Part shown: piece by piece, positions 44,626 to 53,883 of the stretch | Position numbering within the stretch: position 1 is the stretch's first letter | How the letters are laid out: the number at the start of each line of letters is the position of its first letter | Assembly: GCA_964573135.1 (NCBI GenBank) | Contig: CAZNIO010000008.1 | Span: 1 to 58,633, forward strand | Length of the DNA stretch: 58,633 bases | Reading direction: 5' to 3' | Source: an uncultured Gammaproteobacteria bacterium | GTDB lineage: Bacteria; Patescibacteriota; Patescibacteriia; UBA2196; GWA2-42-15 | The notes under the pieces: generated by a model | Database searches by the model: none | The model's input: only the letters and a program-made list of their open reading frames with translations | What the model was told of the DNA's origin: nothing | Position numbers and translations under genes: made by a program

Positions 44626-45751
44626 ACTCTTTCAACATTCTATCAATTATAAAATTTTTCTCAACAAACTTTCGACAATATTTTTTATCAATTTCCTCTA
44701 TTCGATCGTATGCTCTTTTAATTTCTTTCAAACTCCCCTCTTTTACAATAAACCCCGTCTTGCCATTGACTACCAGCTCTTTTAGAGCCCCATTATTGAA
44801 CGATATTACCGGTGTCCCACTAGCCAGAGATTCAATTACAACTCTTCCAAATGCTTCTTTGTACCGAGAGGGCATAATCATGCATTTTGCTTCTCTCAAA
44901 AATTTACTCTTTTGTTTTTCATTTACTGCACCAATATATTTAATAAGCTTATTATCAATATTTTTCTTTACAAAATGTTTATAAAAATATGGGTCATTAA
45001 TATTCCCAGCGATAACTAACGGTATTTTATAAGTTTGACTAAATTTAATTGCGATATCAACCCCTTTATTATACTCTATTCTAGCAACCAGAAGAGCAAC
45101 ATAATCTTTCTTTTTCAGTTCTAATTTATATGGTGCAATATCAATTGAATTATATATCAAACTTGAATCAACATATTTATCGTACTCTCTTTTAATAAAT
45201 TTAGAAACAGAAACGAACTTGCAATTCATTTTTGGTTTTTCGTTTTTTAGATATTTAAGCCATCTTAAAAAATCAGGGCCAAGCATTCCATAATGTCCAT
45301 GAAAACTTACTACCGTCGGCACAGGTGAAAACAAAGCCGGATAAAGAGCCAGGGTATCATGAGTAACAACATGAATTACATCATATTTTCCTGTATACGC
45401 CTTGCTAAAAGCTTGCAAATAATTTTCTATCTTATAATCAAATCTTTTAGACAGCTCTCCAAAAGACATGTTCACCGCTTCTCTCAAACTTCCTGCCTTT
45501 TTTTCTATTTCTTTATAAAAACGATCGTGGGCATGATATATATTTAAGTCATCTTCTGAATTCTTTTCTTTAACGGTCCTGACCCCCTTTTGAAGTTCAG
45601 AATTTTTACTACAGAAAACTGTAACTTGATGACCCCTCTCCGCTAGACCCTTAGACAAAAAATAAACAAAATTACTCATTCCACCTAAATTTGGCACCTT
45701 TATCTGCCAATATGGCTTAAACACAATGGCTATTTTTAATTTTTTCCTCAT
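44594..45751 (-). CDS. Glycosyltransferase family 4
   Basis: GGMSNFV..L..GLAERGHQVTVF, ARIEYNKG, EAFGRVVIESLASGTPVI, GKTGFIV. Confidence 0.9.
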   Translation of the reverse strand: MRKKLKIAIVFKPYWQIKVPNLGGMSNFVYFLSKGLAERGHQVTVFCSKNSELQKGVRTVKEKNSEDDLNIYHAHDRFYKEIEKKAGSLREAVNMSFGELSKRFDYKIENYLQAFSKAYTGKYDVIHVVTHDTLALYPALFSPVPTVVSFHGHYGMLGPDFLRWLKYLKNEKPKMNCKFVSVSKFIKREYDKYVDSSLIYNSIDIAPYKLELKKKDYVALLVARIEYNKGVDIAIKFSQTYKIPLVIAGNINDPYFYKHFVKKNIDNKLIKYIGAVNEKQKSKFLREAKCMIMPSRYKEAFGRVVIESLASGTPVISFNNGALKELVVNGKTGFIVKEGSLKEIKRAYDRIEEIDKKYCRKFVEKNFIIDRMLKEYEEIYQKSKE

Positions 45752-45757
45752 AACTAA

Positions 45758-46783
45758 CTAATTAGTAGCTAACTTTAAATAATCCTTTGACCTCTTTAAT
45801 AGATGCTCTGCAAATCTCCTGTTTATATCATCCTCAAAAATCATAAAATATACCGTACTTTTTAAAGCCGTCCAAGCTTTATATAAATTGATCTTACTCT
45901 GCATTTTTTTCTCAATAACTACTTCTCCAAAATATGATGACAGAAAAGCTTTCTCCATACTGGCATACTGGTTCTCCGTTAAATAACTTCTAGTCATAAA
46001 ATGAAGTTGTTGCAAAAAAGATGCGATATCAAAATATATTGGCGCTAAGCATCCTTCAGAAAAATCAATTAGAGCCACTTGCTTGCTGTTAAATCTATTA
46101 ACAATTACATTTTCTGGATGAAAATCCCCATGAGATAACAAAAACTCATCATCCACGATACTCTTATACACCTTCCTTAAAATCTGATACTGTTTTTTGA
46201 TTTCTTTAACCATCTTAGTTTGTACGTTATATTCTCTCTTAAGCACATCGGTTGGATCAAGATATTCCCATGCCAAGCTATGTTTTTTCAATTTGATTTC
46301 TTGGCCAGGTTTCATCTGATGAAAATTATATAACCCCTGAGCAATCTTTTGTACAATATTCTTATCAATATTATTATTCTTAATATGCTCTAAAAAATTG
46401 TCTCCCGGAATACCTATATAAAAAGCTGACATCAAATCCTCGACATACCACAAGGGCTTAGGTATAACTATCCTGCCCTTGTCAAAACCATTCTTAAAAG
46501 CCAAAACCAAAATCTGATACATCTTTCTTCTACCATGATTCGAAAAGCTCACCGTAAATATCTGGTATCTACGATGTAATCCTTTTTTAGTCTGGAGTGT
46601 CACATTATTCTGTACCACAAAATGAAAAAACACGTCACTCACATGTCTTTTTATGATATATGATTTAACATCCAGAATTTTAACTGCCTGGCTATCAATA
46701 TCTTTTAACCCTTTCTCAAATATCTTCCTAATATATTCCGAGCTGGTAATTAAATCGGGTATTTGTTTCTCTTTTTTGGTCAT
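45758..46783 (-). CDS. APH/choline-kinase-like phosphotransferase
   Basis: IPKPLWY, LYNFH, SHGDFHPENVIV, LIDFSEG, FDIASFL. Confidence 0.78.
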   Translation of the reverse strand: MTKKEKQIPDLITSSEYIRKIFEKGLKDIDSQAVKILDVKSYIIKRHVSDVFFHFVVQNNVTLQTKKGLHRRYQIFTVSFSNHGRRKMYQILVLAFKNGFDKGRIVIPKPLWYVEDLMSAFYIGIPGDNFLEHIKNNNIDKNIVQKIAQGLYNFHQMKPGQEIKLKKHSLAWEYLDPTDVLKREYNVQTKMVKEIKKQYQILRKVYKSIVDDEFLLSHGDFHPENVIVNRFNSKQVALIDFSEGCLAPIYFDIASFLQQLHFMTRSYLTENQYASMEKAFLSSYFGEVVIEKKMQSKINLYKAWTALKSTVYFMIFEDDINRRFAEHLLKRSKDYLKLATN

Positions 46784-46788
46784 TTTTC

Positions 46789-48024
46789 TTAAAATGGTGA
46801 AATTTTCTTTAAAAATTTTAGATGGGTATCCTTATATTTTGTCCAATGCCTTGTCCATATTAATCCATGAATTTCCAAAAAACTCTTCTCCGCCTTTATT
46901 TTCATCTTATAATCAACACCCATCAAAGCTCGCACACTACGCAAAAGCTCAAGTGCCCCCTTCTCCACTTCTTCCGGGCTCCAGGCGGGATCATCAAACA
47001 TTTTAAAGTCTTTACCCGACGCCCACCAAAAAGTACAACTGGCTAAGCCCTTCTCCATATGCAGACGTGAAGCAAAGTGGTTTGGGTCTTTTAAATTATC
47101 ATAATTTAATTTTATAGCTAAGTTAGCCAATTGCCAAAGCTTTTCATGCATCTTGTTTTTTGGATGCTTCCATAAACTATATGCAATTTTATTCTGCAAC
47201 TCCCCTGGGGTTGATTCCCAAGAACAATCTACTAAATCAACCTTTTCTTCTTTTCTCTTCTCTTTAAAAAACTCCGAGATAGTGGCCGTCTTCAATTCCT
47301 TATTCTTCAAAACTTGGTTAAAAATTTCTTCTCTATCCAAGTACTTATGCCCATACAACTCTCCGTCAGTCGCCGTAACCACCACTTCTGGTCGCTTTCC
47401 TTGTTTCAATATCCTTCTAATTTCTTTAGGCACAAAAGTCTTTGATATTTTTCTATTTCGAAAAATTACATTCAGCCCAATATTTTTTATACTATATTTC
47501 TTAGTGTAATTTAGATGATGATTATTAATTTTACCGCCCAAAGCTATTTCATCTAATATAATCCATTCAAAACCCGCTCTTTTAATAGCCCGTGCCACAT
47601 CCTGTGAATAGGCCATCTCTGGCAGATAAAAACCCTTTGGTTTGTAAGCTGATCCAAAATAGTGGCGGTTAATATCATTGTTAACCGCAATTTGCCTCTC
47701 CACTTCTTTAGTTGGCAATAACGGCAACAGCGGGTGAAAGGCCGCTGTGCCCACTAATTCCACTTGACCCGCCTTAACCAAAGAGGAAATGTCCTTGATT
47801 AATTTTGTAAAACCAACTTGATTTAAATACTCAGTTAAGCATCCAGTAATATTTAAAGTAATCTTATGCTTCTTGTTTTGCTTTAAAACTCGAACAATAT
47901 TTGAATAAGATCCTTTGGTGATTTTAACCAGAAGCTCTTTATCAAGGGTTGGTGGTTGATATATGTGCAAAAAATTTATCCAAAGCATATCTTCGGTTTG
48001 TTTATTATTTAATTTATTTACCAT
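46789..48024 (-). CDS. Glycoside hydrolase family 57 (alpha-glucan active)
   Basis: FLHIYQP, VELVGTAAFHPLLPLL, GFYLPEMAY (nucleophile Glu), TDGELYGH (acid/base Asp), CSW. Confidence 0.88.
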   Translation of the reverse strand: MVNKLNNKQTEDMLWINFLHIYQPPTLDKELLVKITKGSYSNIVRVLKQNKKHKITLNITGCLTEYLNQVGFTKLIKDISSLVKAGQVELVGTAAFHPLLPLLPTKEVERQIAVNNDINRHYFGSAYKPKGFYLPEMAYSQDVARAIKRAGFEWIILDEIALGGKINNHHLNYTKKYSIKNIGLNVIFRNRKISKTFVPKEIRRILKQGKRPEVVVTATDGELYGHKYLDREEIFNQVLKNKELKTATISEFFKEKRKEEKVDLVDCSWESTPGELQNKIAYSLWKHPKNKMHEKLWQLANLAIKLNYDNLKDPNHFASRLHMEKGLASCTFWWASGKDFKMFDDPAWSPEEVEKGALELLRSVRALMGVDYKMKIKAEKSFLEIHGLIWTRHWTKYKDTHLKFLKKISPF

Positions 48025-49504
48025 TGCCGTTCTTCCTTTCCTTCCTGAACCTGACTGCTTTTTTAAACAATTTTACATAAAGCTTCGCTGGCAAATTCCA
48101 CGAAAAAGAAATCTGCATTACACGACCGACTAGTTTGTTCCAAGTCTTTTTATCCTTATAATATTCAAGTGCTCGCACAATAGCTCCATAAAGTGACATT
48201 GAGCTATATGTTCTAAACGTAAAACCATTCCCTTGCTTATTATTAAAATCAAAATTCTCCACAGTATCTTTTAAACCTCCAATCGACCGCACAATGGGAA
48301 TACAGCCATAGCGTAAAGCCTTCATCTGATTAATACCACACGGCTCTGTCGTTGACGGCAGTAAAAACAGGTCTCCCCCAGCATACAAGCTTGTCTCATA
48401 TTTGCTATTAAATTTAGTCCACACCAATTTCTTGGGATACTTCTTGGATAGCTTCTTCAACTGTGAAATATATTCTTTGTCGCCATCTCCCATAATAATC
48501 AGCTGTACATCAAAGCGTAATAAAATTTCTAAAGTCTTCAAAATTAAATCAAATCCCTTCTGGTGTGTTATACGTGAAGCCATCACAATTAAGGGCACAT
48601 CATGATTCTGCGTTAAGCCATACTTACGCTGAATAAATAACTTATTAGCCTCTCTATGCCTAGTCTGCTTATATGTATAATTCTTTTTGAGTCCTGGGTC
48701 TGTTTGTGGATTATATTCCTTATGATCGATACCATTCACAATACCAAACAATCTATCTGCTCTATTTTTAAGCAAAATATTTAAACCTTGCCCCTTGCCT
48801 TTCTTCAAAATTTCTTCAGCATAGGTTTCAGAAACTGTGTTAACTGCGTCTGCGTCAATAATCGCCCGCTTAACAAAATTGACTCGCTCAATCCTAGAAC
48901 TATCGAGTAAGGGCAATTTGGACTTCCCGCCATCTCTTTTTTCAGCAGGTATCTCCCACCACGAATGGCCCAACTGAAAAATTAAATTATGAATTGTAAA
49001 AACACACGCTGCTCTTTTTAACACAGAGGAATCTTTAAAATCACGCCGCAAAAAATATGGTATAAGACCAGCCTGCCAATCATGGCACTGGATTACGTCT
49101 GCCTTGAATCTTAAAATAGTTAAAAGTTTTAATGCCGCCAAATCAAACAATATAAACCTAGCATTCTCGTGACTTGAACCGTAAAGATCTTTTCTCCTTG
49201 AAAAATATTTATCACTTTCCACAAAGTATACAGACACCCCCTTAGTCAGCTCTCCTTTCCAATAATTAACCATCGTACTATTTTCTTTATCAATCCCAAT
49301 CTTAACCTTTTCTTTGACCAACTTTAAATTATACTTCTTCTTGTCAATCAATTTGCCATACAAGGGAGTAATACATATTACTTTATGCCCCAATCTATTT
49401 AAAGCGCGGGGCAAACTACGCGCCACATCAGCCAAACCACCCGTTTTAGAAAACGGGTCAATTTCTGATGAAACTGATACTATATTTAAATATTTACTAG
49501 CCAT
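48014..49504 (-). CDS. glgA: Glycogen/starch synthase (GT5), copy 1 (start moved to 49504)
   Basis: SEIDPFSKTGGLADV, CHDWQ, TIHNL, NTVSETYA, SRITHQKG, PSTTEPCG. Confidence 0.95.
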   Translation of the reverse strand: MASKYLNIVSVSSEIDPFSKTGGLADVARSLPRALNRLGHKVICITPLYGKLIDKKKYNLKLVKEKVKIGIDKENSTMVNYWKGELTKGVSVYFVESDKYFSRRKDLYGSSHENARFILFDLAALKLLTILRFKADVIQCHDWQAGLIPYFLRRDFKDSSVLKRAACVFTIHNLIFQLGHSWWEIPAEKRDGGKSKLPLLDSSRIERVNFVKRAIIDADAVNTVSETYAEEILKKGKGQGLNILLKNRADRLFGIVNGIDHKEYNPQTDPGLKKNYTYKQTRHREANKLFIQRKYGLTQNHDVPLIVMASRITHQKGFDLILKTLEILLRFDVQLIIMGDGDKEYISQLKKLSKKYPKKLVWTKFNSKYETSLYAGGDLFLLPSTTEPCGINQMKALRYGCIPIVRSIGGLKDTVENFDFNNKQGNGFTFRTYSSMSLYGAIVRALEYYKDKKTWNKLVGRVMQISFSWNLPAKLYVKLFKKAVRFRKERKNGNGK

Positions 49505-49508
49505 AAAA

Positions 49509-49988
49509 TTAATATTTACAATTTTCGGTCTGTGCACAGGTTATCGCCACGGCCACAGCATCCGCCGCATCATCTTGTTTTATAATCTCCTTCAAACCCA
49601 AAATAACTTTGACCATCTCCTGAACTTGCTTCTTGTCAGCCCTGCCATATGAAGTAACGGCTTGTTTCACCTGCAAGGGCGTAAATTCTCTTATAGGCAA
49701 CTTATACTGCATACCCGTTGCTAAAATCACCCCCCGAGCTTCTCCCACCTTAAGAGCGGTTTTCACATTTTTACAAAAAAACAATTCTTCAACAGAAAGA
49801 ATATCTGGCTTGTGCTTTTCTATTATCTTGCTCAACTCATCACCAATCTTTGCCAATCTCTCTGCATGTAGCACACCCACCTTGGTTGTGATACAACCAT
49901 AATCTACTAGCTGTAACTTTCTCTGCTTATTTTCAATGACACCATAGCCGACAATTGCCACACCAGGGTCTATCCCTAATATTTTCAT
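49509..49988 (-). CDS. ruvC: Crossover junction endodeoxyribonuclease RuvC
   Basis: ILGIDPG, VEELFF, GEARGV, VKQAVTSYGRADKKQV, DDAADA. Confidence 0.96.
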   Translation of the reverse strand: MKILGIDPGVAIVGYGVIENKQRKLQLVDYGCITTKVGVLHAERLAKIGDELSKIIEKHKPDILSVEELFFCKNVKTALKVGEARGVILATGMQYKLPIREFTPLQVKQAVTSYGRADKKQVQEMVKVILGLKEIIKQDDAADAVAVAITCAQTENCKY

Positions 49989-50000
49989 AAATTTCGAATA

Positions 50001-50729
50001 CTATTTTAAATTAGTATAATAATCAGATACATCATCCAGCTCATCTAATACTCCCAAAACCTTAGCTACCTTATCCATAATTTCATCATCTACTTCTTTA
50101 GTTTCCTTAGCAACCATCTCTAAATCTGCCGATTCAATCACTAATCCATTTTCTTCTAAAATTTCCTTAACTGCCTGCAATCCCTCTGGTTTAGTATAGA
50201 TTACTATCTCCTGATCATCTGACAAATTATAATCATCTGCTCCAGATTCAATAATGGTCATTTCAAGTTCTTCTTCTGTTTTCCCATTACCACTTTGTTT
50301 TTTGGCTCGTACTACCCCCCTATTCTGAAATTGCCACAAAACAGAATTCAAATCAGTCATCTGTCCACCATTTTTTTGTAAAGCCGTCTTAACTTCAGTT
50401 ACTGCCCTATTCTTATTATCCGTTAAACACTTAATAACAACAGCAACATTACCAGGCAAAAGCGCTCCATATAATAGCTCTTCAATAACATCCCCTTTCA
50501 GATCTCCCGTCCCTCGCTTGATGGCTCTTTCAATATTATCCTTTGGCATATTGCCAGCCTTTGCCTTTTCTACTGCCAAACGCAATTTAAAATTAGCCTC
50601 CATGTCTCTACCACCCTCTTTAGCAGCTACCGTAATATTATTACCTAATTTAGTAAATAAATTACCTCTTTTGGCATCTGTTACCGCTTTTGCTCGTTTA
50701 ATTGTAGCCCACTTAGAATGTCCAGACAT
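50001..50729 (-). CDS. yebC: YebC/PmpR-family protein
   Basis: MSGHSKWATIKRAK, NMPKDNIERAI, TDNKNR, LDELDDVSDYYTN; yebC-ruvC synteny. Confidence 0.96.
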   Translation of the reverse strand: MSGHSKWATIKRAKAVTDAKRGNLFTKLGNNITVAAKEGGRDMEANFKLRLAVEKAKAGNMPKDNIERAIKRGTGDLKGDVIEELLYGALLPGNVAVVIKCLTDNKNRAVTEVKTALQKNGGQMTDLNSVLWQFQNRGVVRAKKQSGNGKTEEELEMTIIESGADDYNLSDDQEIVIYTKPEGLQAVKEILEENGLVIESADLEMVAKETKEVDDEIMDKVAKVLGVLDELDDVSDYYTNLK

Positions 50730-50846
50730 ATGTTAAAATTAAAACTTAAATAATGTTAATTAATTACTTTCAGTCTATCATTTAACCCCTAAAAAATCAA
50801 GGTAAAAAGCACTAATATGTCCAACTCATACTTATACATAAATTCC

Positions 50847-50875
50847 TTGACAAATTATATGAATTAAGATAGACT
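50847..50875 (+). promoter_or_regulatory. Promoter of rplS
   Basis: TTGACA, 17 nt, TAGACT. Confidence 0.6.
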
Positions 50876-50907
50876 GATACATAATTAACCATTCTTATTA
50901 TAACAAT

Positions 50908-51309
50908 ATGCCACAAGAAAAAACTAACGACAAGGACAAGGACGATCCTAAAAAGGATCATCCCAAAAAAGAAAAAGAAGAAGACACGCTACTCGGATTA
51001 AAATCAGGTATGACAGTTAAGGTACACGAAAAAATAAAAGACATTGATGCCAAAGGGAAAGAAAGAACCAGAGTTCAAATTTTTGAAGGAATTATTTTGG
51101 CGGTTAAAAAAGCCAAAACTCCATCCGGCACTATTCTCGTACGCAAAACGTCACACGCCGGAGTTGGTGTAGAAAAAATATTTCCTATACACTCACCTTT
51201 AATTGATAAAATCGAAGTCATTAAATCAATCAGGTCCCGTCGTGCCAAGCTTTACTTCTTGCGTGACTACAAGAAGCGCCCGAAAACGACACGAGTCAAA
51301 AATTCATAA
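50908..51309 (+). CDS. rplS: 50S ribosomal protein L19 with a charged N-terminal extension
   Basis: GMTVKVHEKI, RVQIFEGIIL, GVGVEKIFPIHSP, RRAKLYFLR. Confidence 0.95.
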   Translation: MPQEKTNDKDKDDPKKDHPKKEKEEDTLLGLKSGMTVKVHEKIKDIDAKGKERTRVQIFEGIILAVKKAKTPSGTILVRKTSHAGVGVEKIFPIHSPLIDKIEVIKSIRSRRAKLYFLRDYKKRPKTTRVKNS

Positions 51310-51316
51310 TAACTTC

Positions 51317-51347
51317 AAAACCCCAGTTCACAATGAACTGGGGTTTT
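51317..51347. terminator. Bidirectional terminator / palindromic repeat, copy 3
   Basis: AAAACCCCAGTTCA-CAA-TGAACTGGGGTTTT; arms identical to copy 1 at 21891-21921. Confidence 0.8.
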
Positions 51348-51371
51348 TAATTTTCTAATATTTTGGTTTAG

Positions 51372-53051
51372 CTAGACAATATATTCTAACTCTTCCAAAT
51401 GTTTCTTTTTCTCCTTTCTATACTCTTTCTTATTTGATCCATAATTTTGGATCAAGTCGCGAATATACCGTCGTCCCAAATACGGGGGCATGACTACATA
51501 GCTTGCTCCAGCCTCATACAATTTTTTGGCCTCTTCGTATTGGTTAGCCACAAAAATCATCGCTCCATTAAAATTCATGCCATCAAAATATCTAATTAAA
51601 TACTTATTAACCTTAAAATCAGGTATAGTCGAAATAACTACTTTTGCCTTTGAATAATCTAAGGTATCTAAAAAAGCAGGATTAGATATATCTCCAAAGA
51701 TAACATTCATACCTCGAGCAGATAATTTTTTCACTAATACAGGATCATAATCAATTGCCAAATATTTATTTCTCTTGCTCTCAAGCACTGACAGTATACC
51801 GCCACCCAAACGATGGCAACCAAACACCAAGGCAGAAACCGCTTCTACTTTCTTGTCCTCCTCTTTCGTCCTTGCTGTTTTTTTCTCAAAAAATACCAAT
51901 ATATTCTCCAGCTTCTTATATATTTTATCGGTATGATAGATAAAATAAGTTGACCCGATTATAGTTATCAGGGCCACTACTGTGGCAAAACCTAAAATCT
52001 CAGGGGATAAGTGCCCCACACTAATTCCCATAATTAAAAGGATTAGAGAAAACTCCGAAATCTGTGCTACCGCCACCCCCGTATAGAACGAGGTCTTTTT
52101 TGTATAACCCTTAATGCCCATTAAAATCATCACAATTAGAGGATTACCAATTAAGACGAACAAAGAAAAAACAATCGCTTCAAAAAGATAACTATTAATC
52201 ATATTAATCTCTAACCGAGATCCCATAACTATGAAAAAAACAATCAAAAAGAAATCCCTCAACGGCCTCACCCGAGAAGAAATCTCTGTCTCGTAAGGTG
52301 ATACCGACAGCATAATACCAGCCAATAGCGCCCCTAGTTCCATAGAAAATCCCAAATAGTTAAAAAGAGCTGCCATAATAAAAGCCAAAGCCAAAGAGCC
52401 TAAAAATAATATCTCTCTATTATGCGCCAATTTAGAATCAATACGTGGCACCAAAAATTTCATACATAAATAAATCGCTGCTCCTACTATTATAAGTTTA
52501 GCTGAAAGCTCAACGCCAATTACCAATATGTTTTCAGACGCTGCATTGCTCACTGAAGCCAAAACTGCCAATACAATCATCGCCACAAAATCTTGTATCA
52601 ATAAAAAACCAACCAATACTCGACCATACAACTTATCTTGATCACCTTTCTCGTGTAATAAACGCAAAATGACAACAGTGGAGCTAAACGTCATCGCCAA
52701 AGCCAAATAAATAGAAGTAACTTGGGCAAAACCAATCGCTCGTGCCACCGCATACCCTATAATTGATGTAAACACAATCTGCCCCAGACCAGCCCAAAAG
52801 GCAACTTTACCAACTTCTTTTAGTGTTTTCGGATTTAAACTCAAGCCCACAATAAATAAAAGTAAAGTAATACCAATTTGAGAAAAAGATTCTAAACTAT
52901 CATGTGTAACCCAAGCCAAAAAAGCCTGACCGGCTATTACACCAGTGATAATATACCCTATTATAAGGGGTTGTTTAAGCCACTTAACAATTAAGGAAAC
53001 CCCAAGTGCTAAGCCTAATACTAATGATAATTCTAAATAGATATCAGTCAT
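51372..53051 (-). CDS. CPA2/Kef-type cation:proton antiporter with a TrkA-N (RCK) domain
   Basis: QPLIIGYIITG, IGITLLLFIVGL, FSSTVV, QDF, FFIVMG, QISEFS; C-terminal GCHRLG, IDYDP, FGD. Confidence 0.9.
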   Translation of the reverse strand: MTDIYLELSLVLGLALGVSLIVKWLKQPLIIGYIITGVIAGQAFLAWVTHDSLESFSQIGITLLLFIVGLSLNPKTLKEVGKVAFWAGLGQIVFTSIIGYAVARAIGFAQVTSIYLALAMTFSSTVVILRLLHEKGDQDKLYGRVLVGFLLIQDFVAMIVLAVLASVSNAASENILVIGVELSAKLIIVGAAIYLCMKFLVPRIDSKLAHNREILFLGSLALAFIMAALFNYLGFSMELGALLAGIMLSVSPYETEISSRVRPLRDFFLIVFFIVMGSRLEINMINSYLFEAIVFSLFVLIGNPLIVMILMGIKGYTKKTSFYTGVAVAQISEFSLILLIMGISVGHLSPEILGFATVVALITIIGSTYFIYHTDKIYKKLENILVFFEKKTARTKEEDKKVEAVSALVFGCHRLGGGILSVLESKRNKYLAIDYDPVLVKKLSARGMNVIFGDISNPAFLDTLDYSKAKVVISTIPDFKVNKYLIRYFDGMNFNGAMIFVANQYEEAKKLYEAGASYVVMPPYLGRRYIRDLIQNYGSNKKEYRKEKKKHLEELEYIV

Positions 53052-53056
53052 AAATT

Positions 53057-53728
53057 CTAAAATTTAAGTGGGTTAAAATTAGTTTTCTCATCATAATAGT
53101 CTTCTCCCTCTTTTTTCTTCAAAAATCTCACCACCCGATACGTCACCGGCGTTAGAACAATCTCTACCCCACATTTAAAAATATAATTTGAAACTATAAT
53201 AACTAAAAGTAAACTCCCTGGTAATATTCCCCAAAAGGCAATAACTACAAATAAAAGAGTATCCAAAAATTGTCCTACCAAAGTTGAGCTAATCGTCCTT
53301 GCCCATAAATGCTTACCTTTAGTTTTGACTTTCATCTTCGCCAGAATGACAGAATTAGAAAATTCCCCTGCCAAATAAGCAATTAAACTGGCTAAAACTA
53401 TTCTTGGAGCCAAGCCAAGTATCTTATCGTACGCATCCTGGAACAGCCAATCAGATGCTGCTGGCAGCTTGCCCACTATAATAATCATAACTGACATTAA
53501 AAAGGCTGAAACAAAACCCAGCCAAATAGCCCTTCTGGCCCGCCTATATCCATATACCTCCGTCAAGATATCCCCAAAAATATATGCCAAAGGGAAAAGC
53601 AGAGTTCCTCCATCAAAAGTAAATCCAAAAAAATTAACGATTTTAGTTGAAGTAATATTAGATATGAGCAGTACTGCCACGAACAAAGCCGTAATCACAT
53701 CTAAATATTTGAATATCTTATCTTTCAT
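53057..53728 (-). CDS. yhhQ: Queuosine precursor transporter (YhhQ/VUT family)
   Basis: LISNITSTK, GGTLLFPLAYIFGDILTEVYG, RIVLASLIAYLAGEF, RTISST.VGQFLDT. Confidence 0.9.
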   Translation of the reverse strand: MKDKIFKYLDVITALFVAVLLISNITSTKIVNFFGFTFDGGTLLFPLAYIFGDILTEVYGYRRARRAIWLGFVSAFLMSVMIIIVGKLPAASDWLFQDAYDKILGLAPRIVLASLIAYLAGEFSNSVILAKMKVKTKGKHLWARTISSTLVGQFLDTLLFVVIAFWGILPGSLLLVIIVSNYIFKCGVEIVLTPVTYRVVRFLKKKEGEDYYDEKTNFNPLKF

Positions 53729-53778
53729 AAATACATTATACCAAAAAACTACTCAAACGAGTAGCTTTAAGATTACTG

Positions 53779-53863
53779 TGGTGCCCAGGGCGGGACTCGA
53801 ACCCGCACTCCCGAAGGAACATGATTTTAAGTCATGCGTGTAAACCAATTCCACCACCTGGGC
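53779..53863 (-). tRNA. tRNA-Leu (anticodon UAA), CCA encoded
   Basis: Minus strand GCCCAGG/CCTGGGC acceptor, CATGA-CT TAA AA-TCATG, long variable arm, GCGGG-TTCGAGT-CCCGC, ACCA. Confidence 0.94.
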
Positions 53864-53883
53864 ATACTATATAACTGATTACA

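Noticed and set aside
53469-53843. ORF 53469-53843 (+)
   Set aside because: It is antisense to yhhQ and tRNA-Leu(UAA)
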